Of a stretch of DNA of 64,000 bases, positions 57,432-64,000 are shown piece after piece; within the stretch, counting starts at the first letter, position 1; each line of letters opens with the position of its first letter. The notes below the pieces were generated by a model that saw only the letters and a list, made by a program, of their open reading frames with translations, was not told where the DNA came from and ran no database searches. The stretch comes from Candidatus Woesebacteria bacterium RIFCSPHIGHO2_02_FULL_42_20. GTDB lineage: Bacteria; Patescibacteriota; Microgenomatia; UBA8517. The position numbers were made by a program, and so were the translations under genes. Location: the NCBI GenBank assembly GCA_001792535.1, contig MGGS01000013.1, forward strand, positions 692 through 64,691. Reading direction: 5' to 3'.

Positions 57432-59042
57432 ATGAACAAATACATAGCTTATTGCCGAAAATCGAGAGACGAAGCAGACAAACAAATTTTGTCCATTGAG
57501 GCGCAAATTGCTGAATTAAAAGAATTTGCCAAACGGGAGCATTTGGAGATTGTCGAGTTTGTCGAGGAAGCCAAAACCGCCAAAATACCAGGAAGGGAGC
57601 AGTTTGCCAAAGTCCTAAAGAAAATCGAACAGGGGCACGCAAACGGAATCGTTGCGTGGCACCCCGATCGTTTGGCTAGAAACTCAATGGATGGCGGTAA
57701 AATTATTTACCTTCTGGATACCGGCAAACTGCTTGATCTGAAATTTCCAACGTCTTGGTTTGAGAATACACCACAAGGAAAGTTTATGCTTTCAATCGCC
57801 TTTGGCCAATCGAAATATTATGTAGACAATCTTTCCGAGAACGTAAAGCGAGGATTGCGCCAGAAACTCCGCAACGGAGTTTGGCCGGCTAAAGCTCCTT
57901 ATGGCTATGTGAACAATCCCAAAACCAGAGGAATTGATGTTGACCTCGAAAGATCAAAAGCCATCAAACGAGCTTTTGAAATGTTTGCGGAAGGAAGCCA
58001 TACATTTACTGATATTGCCAAGTATCTCCATAAATTCGATCTGAAACGCAAAAACGGAAAACCTCTCCATGTCAACGAAATCCGGCAGATACTCTCAAAC
58101 AAATTTTATATTGGAATTATGTTTTACAACGGTGAGTATCACGACGGAAATCATAAATGTTTTATCTCTAAAGAGTTATTCCAAAAAACACAAGGAGAAA
58201 TGAACCGAAGAAGCAAACATTTTAAAAAGTCATACCGTTTTCCGTTTTTGGGACTCGTAAGGTGCAGCGAATGTGGCGCGGCAATCACCGCCGAGCAACA
58301 CACGAAGTTCTACAAAACTACCAACCATAAAGTTACCTACGTTTACTATCGCTGCACCAAAAAACTTGGTCCTTGTTCTCAAATACCAATTACCAGTTTT
58401 GAGATGGAAGAACAAATAAGAAAGGTTGTTTCTGATGTGAGCTTGCCGCAAAGCTGGGCTGATAATTGGTTGAAATTTTTAGAACGGGACGAATTAATCG
58501 AGAAACAATCATCAGAAACAACTATCCAAAATCTCAAAACTGAAATGCAGGAAATAGATCGAAAGCAAAACACACTTTTGGACAGCTATCTCGATAGTGT
58601 CGTTGACCCCGAAACTTATAAAAGCAAGAAAAACGAAATGTTTGAATCAAAACTCAAATTACAAGAAGAAATCGCCAAAGTTGAGGAGACGGGTTCGAAT
58701 TGGCTCGAACCTATGAGAGAATTTGTAAATTGCGCCTTACAGGCGCAAAAAATCGCGCGCGCAAAAAATAATTGCGAAGAATTAGCATTCTTCGCAAAAC
58801 GTGTCGGCTCGAACTTCTTTTTATCTGATCGGCAGCTCGCGGCAGAATATAAAAAAGGCTTCTCGGCGCTCCGTGCGGGCGGCGGCGCAAGGAGCGCCTC
58901 CAACTCGACGGACTCTCTTTCTCTTTTGGTCGGGGTACCAGGAATCGAACCTGGACCGCACGGCCCCCAGCCGCGCATTCTACCACTAAACTATACCCCG
59001 GTAGAGAGTATTTTATACCCAAAATACCTTAGTTTGCACTAA
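57432..59042 (+). CDS. Large serine recombinase A (3' end reads through antisense tRNA)
   Basis: YCRKS, WHPDRLARN, APYGY, CSEC/YYRC zinc ribbon and coiled coil. Confidence 0.93.
   Translation: MNKYIAYCRKSRDEADKQILSIEAQIAELKEFAKREHLEIVEFVEEAKTAKIPGREQFAKVLKKIEQGHANGIVAWHPDRLARNSMDGGKIIYLLDTGKLLDLKFPTSWFENTPQGKFMLSIAFGQSKYYVDNLSENVKRGLRQKLRNGVWPAKAPYGYVNNPKTRGIDVDLERSKAIKRAFEMFAEGSHTFTDIAKYLHKFDLKRKNGKPLHVNEIRQILSNKFYIGIMFYNGEYHDGNHKCFISKELFQKTQGEMNRRSKHFKKSYRFPFLGLVRCSECGAAITAEQHTKFYKTTNHKVTYVYYRCTKKLGPCSQIPITSFEMEEQIRKVVSDVSLPQSWADNWLKFLERDELIEKQSSETTIQNLKTEMQEIDRKQNTLLDSYLDSVVDPETYKSKKNEMFESKLKLQEEIAKVEETGSNWLEPMREFVNCALQAQKIARAKNNCEELAFFAKRVGSNFFLSDRQLAAEYKKGFSALRAGGGARSASNSTDSLSLLVGVPGIEPGPHGPQPRILPLNYTPVESILYPKYLSLH
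58927..59000 (-). tRNA. tRNA-Pro(GGG)
   Basis: CGGGGTA/TACCCCG acceptor stem, anticodon loop CTGGGGG, GTTCGATT T-loop, CCA end; 74 nt. Confidence 0.95.
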
Positions 59043-59154
59043 AAATATTATTTTGGGGAATCATAATCTCTTGCGAGAGTTACAAACTCGAGTAAGAGGA
59101 GTATATCATAAGAAACCCTTGTTTTTACCAAATGCGTGTGATACAAGATAGTCA

Positions 59155-60234
59155 ATGGCAAGAGGGAAAAGTGGATCTGCTGCAACCGAAACTTCAGGCA
59201 ATAGCTCCGGTTCCCAGAAACTTCAGGCAATAAAATTGGCGATGGAGCAGATAGAAAAGCAATACGGCAAGGGGTCGATTATGAAACTTGGAGATAGACA
59301 GTCAGTAAAAGTAGACATTATTCCGACCGGGTCTATTGCTCTTGATTTAGCACTCGGAGTCGGAGGTCTCCCTCGCGGTAGAATAGTAGAAATTTATGGG
59401 CCTGAAGCTTCTGGGAAAACAACACTTGCTTTACACGTCGTCGCCGAGGCTCAAAAAAGGGGTGGCCAGGCTGCTTTTATTGATGCCGAGCACGCGTTGG
59501 ACCCGGCCCGAGCCGAAACAATAGGGGTGAATCTGGATGACTTGCTCATGAGTCAACCTGATTCAGGGGAACAGGCCTTAGAAATCACCGAAACACTGAT
59601 AAGATCCGGAGCAGTGGACGTAATTGTGGTCGACTCGGTAGCGGCTTTGGTCCCGAGAGCTGAATTGGAAGGAGAGATGGGGGACGCGGTTATGGGTATG
59701 CAGGCCAGGCTTATGAGTCAAGCTTTGCGCAAGCTTACAGGAGCTATCTCAAAGTCCAAAACTATTTTGATTTTTACCAATCAGCTTCGGCAAAAGATCG
59801 GTGTAATGTTTGGCAATCCCGAAACTACACCCGGAGGATTGGCTTTGAAATTTTACTCTTCAGTCAGGATCGACATTAGAAGAATCGATACGATTAAAGA
59901 AGGGGATAATGTGGTTGGAGTGCGAGCGAGGGTCAGGGTTGTAAAAAATAAAGTCGCCCCCCCGCTTCGGGTTGCTGAGTTTGACATAATGAATGATGAG
60001 GGTATTTCCAAAGCAGGTGGGTTATTGGATGTAGCTATAGAGCTTGGAATAATGTCCAAAAGCTCTTCATTTTATAACTATGCAGGCAAGACACTGGCCC
60101 AAGGCAGAGAGGGAGCGAAACAACATATTAAGGATAATCCCAAATTTGCCGAGGAATTGGAAAAGAAAATCCGTGAAACAGTTGCTTCGGGTAAAAAAAT
60201 TCCGAAAGAGTTGGGAGATGAAGAAAAAGAGTAG
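59155..60234 (+). CDS. recA: Recombinase RecA
   Basis: [15 protein letters not shown] and [12 protein letters not shown] motifs. Confidence 0.98.
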   Translation: MARGKSGSAATETSGNSSGSQKLQAIKLAMEQIEKQYGKGSIMKLGDRQSVKVDIIPTGSIALDLALGVGGLPRGRIVEIYGPEASGKTTLALHVVAEAQKRGGQAAFIDAEHALDPARAETIGVNLDDLLMSQPDSGEQALEITETLIRSGAVDVIVVDSVAALVPRAELEGEMGDAVMGMQARLMSQALRKLTGAISKSKTILIFTNQLRQKIGVMFGNPETTPGGLALKFYSSVRIDIRRIDTIKEGDNVVGVRARVRVVKNKVAPPLRVAEFDIMNDEGISKAGGLLDVAIELGIMSKSSSFYNYAGKTLAQGREGAKQHIKDNPKFAEELEKKIRETVASGKKIPKELGDEEKE

Positions 60235-60289
60235 TAAAAAACTCGAGGAATCCAAAAGCTAGACTTTCAAATAAGTCGTCAAATAACTA

Positions 60290-60973
60290 TTAAAATCGTT
60301 CAAATGCACTTCCGGAGAAATCGGTTTGCGGCCCCCTTAATTGATCAGCAAATGTCTTCATAAAAATTTTTCGAATCCTTCTGTCTGGGATAATAACAAT
60401 TGAATCAGAATCGATATGTGGGTAGTCATTTGGTGCATGAGAATTATTAGTATAATCGTGTTCGTATAAAGGATTCCAATCTATAGGAGCTCCTAATAAC
60501 CTTTCGGCTAAATGAACTATTTTGTCATGATCGCCCAAATTAAGAACATTAACACCGGGCTGAGCGACGAAGGTTACATCTTGATCCGAATTTATACTTG
60601 GAGTGGTTCTTATTCTAACTCTACTGCCAGTTAATATTAGCCCAGCGAAATTATCATGGGCCGTTGATTTCAAATAAGCCGAAAGAACAAATCCTCCTGC
60701 CAAGAGCCTTAATCTCGCTGGTTTATCCTTCGGATTTCCAAGACCCAAGATGGTCATAGCTTTTTTTCTATCGTCACCAGGGTTGCTGGTAATGTTAATC
60801 GCAATTAATTGACTTACTCGTCCAGCAAGTTCGGTAAGTTGTATTTCTGTAGCATCTGCAACTTCTCGAGGTTTTATGATATTCTTATCAATCAAACTGT
60901 TTATTTTAACTGCTTCCTCATAAGCGCTACTGGTCGGATCTTCAATAGTAAGTTCAGTATATTCTTCAGGCAT
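60290..60973 (-). CDS. Hypothetical protein with nucleotidyltransferase-like motif
   Basis: LILTGSRV...SDQDVTFV resembles hGSx(9-13)DxD. Confidence 0.45.
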   Translation of the reverse strand: MPEEYTELTIEDPTSSAYEEAVKINSLIDKNIIKPREVADATEIQLTELAGRVSQLIAINITSNPGDDRKKAMTILGLGNPKDKPARLRLLAGGFVLSAYLKSTAHDNFAGLILTGSRVRIRTTPSINSDQDVTFVAQPGVNVLNLGDHDKIVHLAERLLGAPIDWNPLYEHDYTNNSHAPNDYPHIDSDSIVIIPDRRIRKIFMKTFADQLRGPQTDFSGSAFERF

Positions 60974-60993
60974 ACTGTATTATTATATAGCCA

Positions 60994-61623
60994 ATGTGTG
61001 TGATAACTTCAATACAACCTCAAAAAAATAAAAGAAATGTAAATGTCTACCTAGACGGAAGGTTCGGGTTCGGAATTGATCTTGTGAATTTTGTTAAGCT
61101 GGGTATCAAAATCGGACAGGAAGTTAGTGAAGAAAAAATTCTCGAGATAATCAAGAAGTCAGAACAGCAAAAAGCCTTAGATAAACTTCTGAGATTTGCA
61201 ACATTGCGGCCGAGATCTCAAAAGGAGATTGAAAGTTGGCTTGGCAAATACAAGGTTCATCAAAGTATGCGGGATGAGTTTTTGGCCAAGCTTAGACATT
61301 TGGAACTTTTAGACGACAAAAAATTTACCCAATGGTGGGTTGAGCAGAGGCGAAATTTCAGGCACTTTGGGGACAAGCTGATTAAAATGGAGTTGATCTG
61401 GAAAGGGGTTGACAAATCTATAATTAACGACGTATTTGAGGGGAACAAAGATTCAAATGATCAAAAGAGTGATGCAATGTTAATTCTGAGTAGGAAATTA
61501 CAACATCTGAGAAAAGTACCTCGTGAAAAGATGTATCGGAAACTTTTTGGATTTTTACAACGAAAAGGGTTTGATTATGAAGTCATTAAGCAGGCAATTG
61601 ACGAATTACTTCTTAAAGAATAA
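60994..61623 (+). CDS. recX: Regulatory protein RecX
   Basis: RPRSQKE, LLDDKKF and FLQRKGF motifs; near recA. Confidence 0.9.
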   Translation: MCVITSIQPQKNKRNVNVYLDGRFGFGIDLVNFVKLGIKIGQEVSEEKILEIIKKSEQQKALDKLLRFATLRPRSQKEIESWLGKYKVHQSMRDEFLAKLRHLELLDDKKFTQWWVEQRRNFRHFGDKLIKMELIWKGVDKSIINDVFEGNKDSNDQKSDAMLILSRKLQHLRKVPREKMYRKLFGFLQRKGFDYEVIKQAIDELLLKE

Positions 61624-61734
61624 AATAGGCGATAAGGAAGTAATATGCTGAAAAGTAAAGCGCAACAATTGCTTCAGCTAGTCGGTTAAATCTAGTTTCA
61701 ACCGATACACTTCCTTTAATAGAAAGAAGTTTTT

Positions 61735-62979
61735 ATGTCCAGTGACGATGTTAAATTAATATTAGAAGAAATTAAAAAAGATCGGAATAGACTCGAGAGG
61801 AAAGAAAAAGATCTTAAAGAGATAGAAGAGAAATTAACCTCAAAACTTGAGAAAGTGGCTTCACTGACTCGTGATGAAGCTAAAAAAGAGCTTTTGGACG
61901 TTATTCAAAAGAATTTAACGGTTGATATCGCCAAGAAAATCCGCCAAGGCGAGGAAAGGATAAAGCTTGAAGCCAGAGATAAGGCAAGAGAAATTTTAGC
62001 CGACGCAATGAAACATGGAGCGACAACCTATGTCGCCGAATATACTGTCTCGACAGTTTCTGTTGATTCCGAAGAAGCAAAAGGGAGGATAATCGGCCGT
62101 GAGGGAAGGAATATCAGGAGTTTTGAAAAGGAAACTGGTGTGGAAATTGAACTCGATGAAGGGAATGTAATCAGGCTTTCTTCTTTTGATTCTATTAGAA
62201 GGGAAATCGCAAGAAGATCGCTTGAGATTTTACTCAAGGATACGAGGATTCAGCCTTCAAGAATTGAAGAAGTGGTGCGACAGGTAAAATCCCAAATGGA
62301 AGATATTCTTCTTGAGGAGGGCAAAAAAATTGTTCAGGAATGTGGGGTATTTAATCTTCCGATCGAAGTTATAAAACTTATTGGCCGTTTTAAATTTAGA
62401 ACTTCGTATGGGCAAAACCTGGGCCTTCATACAATTGAGGAGACAAAAATTGGGGTAGCCATTGCTGCAGAGATCGGTGCGAACACAGAGGTCGTTAGAC
62501 TTGGTTGCCTCTTGCACGACATTGGTAAGGTGGTTACCGATGTCGAAGGTAACCATGTTGACGCCGGGGTTACGACCGTAAAGCGTTTCGGCTTTCCTAA
62601 AGAAGTTGTAGCAGCCGTTTCCGAGCACCATGAAGATAAGCCGTTTTCGTCGACAGAATCTGTGATTGTTTGGATAGCTGACGCGATTTCAGGTTCCCGG
62701 CCGGGTGCGCGCTACGAGCCGTATGAAAACTATGTCAAAAGAATGACCAAAATAGAAGAAATATCTGGAAGCTTTTCTGGTGTGGAGCAAGCGATTGCCT
62801 TTCAGGCAGGGCGCGATGTAAGAATTATTGTCAGGCCCGAGGAAGTGGAGGAAGACAAATTGACAGTTCTTGCAAATGACATAGCCAGAAGGTTGGAGAA
62901 AGAAGCCGAGTATGCCGGACAGGTCAAAGTTACTGTAATTAGGGAAACAAGGGCCCAGGCCACAACTGCGGCAAAATAA
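61735..62979 (+). CDS. rny: Ribonuclease Y
   Basis: KH motif KGRIIGREGRNIR; RTSYGQN, LLHDIGK and ADAISGSRPGAR motifs. Confidence 0.95.
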   Translation: MSSDDVKLILEEIKKDRNRLERKEKDLKEIEEKLTSKLEKVASLTRDEAKKELLDVIQKNLTVDIAKKIRQGEERIKLEARDKAREILADAMKHGATTYVAEYTVSTVSVDSEEAKGRIIGREGRNIRSFEKETGVEIELDEGNVIRLSSFDSIRREIARRSLEILLKDTRIQPSRIEEVVRQVKSQMEDILLEEGKKIVQECGVFNLPIEVIKLIGRFKFRTSYGQNLGLHTIEETKIGVAIAAEIGANTEVVRLGCLLHDIGKVVTDVEGNHVDAGVTTVKRFGFPKEVVAAVSEHHEDKPFSSTESVIVWIADAISGSRPGARYEPYENYVKRMTKIEEISGSFSGVEQAIAFQAGRDVRIIVRPEEVEEDKLTVLANDIARRLEKEAEYAGQVKVTVIRETRAQATTAAK

Positions 62980-63035
62980 ATCTTCAAACTTGACAAAGGA
63001 AATTCTTTAAATTATGCTTGTGGCTGTAAATATCT

Positions 63036-63314
63036 ATGACAAAAAGAGAGTTAATCGAGTTAGTTGCCCGCAAATCGCACCTTACTAAAAGGGCGACGGA
63101 GGAATGTTTAGACGTTTTTCTATCTGAAATTGGGCGAGTTTTGGCAAAAGGAGAGAAGAGGGTTGTATTATCCGGCTTTGGAACTTTTCGGGTGATTCCC
63201 GTTAAGTCTAAAACGGTTAAAATTCCAAATACTGAAAAGTTTGTAACGATTAAGTCGCATAGATCTCCTAAATTCACTCCGGGTAAAAAATTCAAAAGAG
63301 CTATAGCCCGGTGA
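63036..63314 (+). CDS. HU family DNA-binding protein
   Basis: MTKRELI, LSGFGTF and PKFTPGK motifs. Confidence 0.9.
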   Translation: MTKRELIELVARKSHLTKRATEECLDVFLSEIGRVLAKGEKRVVLSGFGTFRVIPVKSKTVKIPNTEKFVTIKSHRSPKFTPGKKFKRAIAR

Positions 63315-63327
63315 TATACTTTGACTA

Positions 63328-64000
63328 ATGGGTCCTTCGATCAGGGTTAATCGCTTAACCAAAGATTTTGACGTAACAATAAGAGAACCTGGCTTGTCCG
63401 GAACGATCAAGAGTTTGCTTAAGCCCAGAAAAAAAAACGTTCACGCCTTAAAACAGGTTTCGTTTAGTATTGACAAAGGTGAACTTGTTGGTTTTATTGG
63501 TCCTAATGGCGCCGGCAAAACGACTACGCTCAAAACTCTTTCGGGGTTGCTTTATCCGACCAGTGGCCATGTATGGGTGGAGGGATACGATCCTTGGGAG
63601 CGCAAGAGTGAGTTTTTAAAAGGAATTACACTTGTGATGGGGCAAAAAAACCAACTGTGGTGGGATTTACCTGCGGTTGAAACATTCGAACTTAACAGGG
63701 TAATTTATGAGGTTTCCAAAAAGGACTACGCTGAAAACTTAAACGAGTTGGTGAGTCTTCTTGATGCCAAGAAATTTCTTAATATTCCGGTCAGAAGACT
63801 TTCATTAGGGCAAAGAATGAGGTTGGAGCTGATTGCGGCTCTGATACATAAACCCAAAGTATTGTTTTTGGATGAACCTACGATTGGTTTGGATGTCGTA
63901 GCCAGTCAAAAAATGAGAGACTTTATAGCAAGTTACAATAAGAAATACCAGGCAACCATTGTTTTGACGTCGCACAATATGAGCGACATAGCTAATCTCG
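63328..64000 (+). CDS. ABC transporter ATP-binding protein (partial, runs off window)
   Basis: Not in ORF track: GFIGPNGAGKTT, LSLGQRMR and LFLDEPTIGLD. Confidence 0.9.
   Translation, partial: MGPSIRVNRLTKDFDVTIREPGLSGTIKSLLKPRKKNVHALKQVSFSIDKGELVGFIGPNGAGKTTTLKTLSGLLYPTSGHVWVEGYDPWERKSEFLKGITLVMGQKNQLWWDLPAVETFELNRVIYEVSKKDYAENLNELVSLLDAKKFLNIPVRRLSLGQRMRLELIAALIHKPKVLFLDEPTIGLDVVASQKMRDFIASYNKKYQATIVLTSHNMSDIANL

Larger units (their letters stand above)
55569..58932 (+). mobile_element. LSR integrative element A (3.36 kb) at tRNA-Pro
   Basis: Bounded by TTGGTCG at 55566-55572 and 58926-58932 (tRNA 3' end); intact recombinase plus one cargo gene. Confidence 0.85.

Noticed and set aside
57103-57642. 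ORFs 57103-57642(-) and 57149-57499(+)
   Set aside because: By-products of the GC-rich inverted copy of the recombinase 3' end; no independent coding signal

Overview
Chromosomal window from a small-genome bacterium, very probably Patescibacteria/CPR (Microgenomates-like): the S10-spc-alpha ribosomal protein cluster lacks rpmD (L30), many genes look leaderless, and there are many surface-glycosylation genes. Core genes include truB, metG, a UvrD-nuclease fusion, rplC to rpsI with secY/adk/map/infA/rpoA, recA, recX, rny and HU. Two accessory patches (about 15.4-24.8 kb and 43.7-59 kb) hold toxin-antitoxin modules, gene stubs, a miniature IS200 and three tandem large-serine-recombinase (LSR) elements integrated at the 3' end of tRNA-Pro(GGG). 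Top observations: (1) an unannotated Met-rich leader peptide (MTQKQMMMEMETS) with a complete 1:2/2:3/3:4 attenuator in front of a SAM hydrolase-like gene and metG. (2) A 3.36-kb LSR element that carries a perfect inverted internal copy of its own reconstituted attP, preceded by a pseudoknotted RNA-like structure in the recombinase leader. Its att core lies inside the recombinase 3' end, so the recombinase C-terminus changes on excision or integration. Everything was read by eye; family assignments rest on motif recognition, not database searches.
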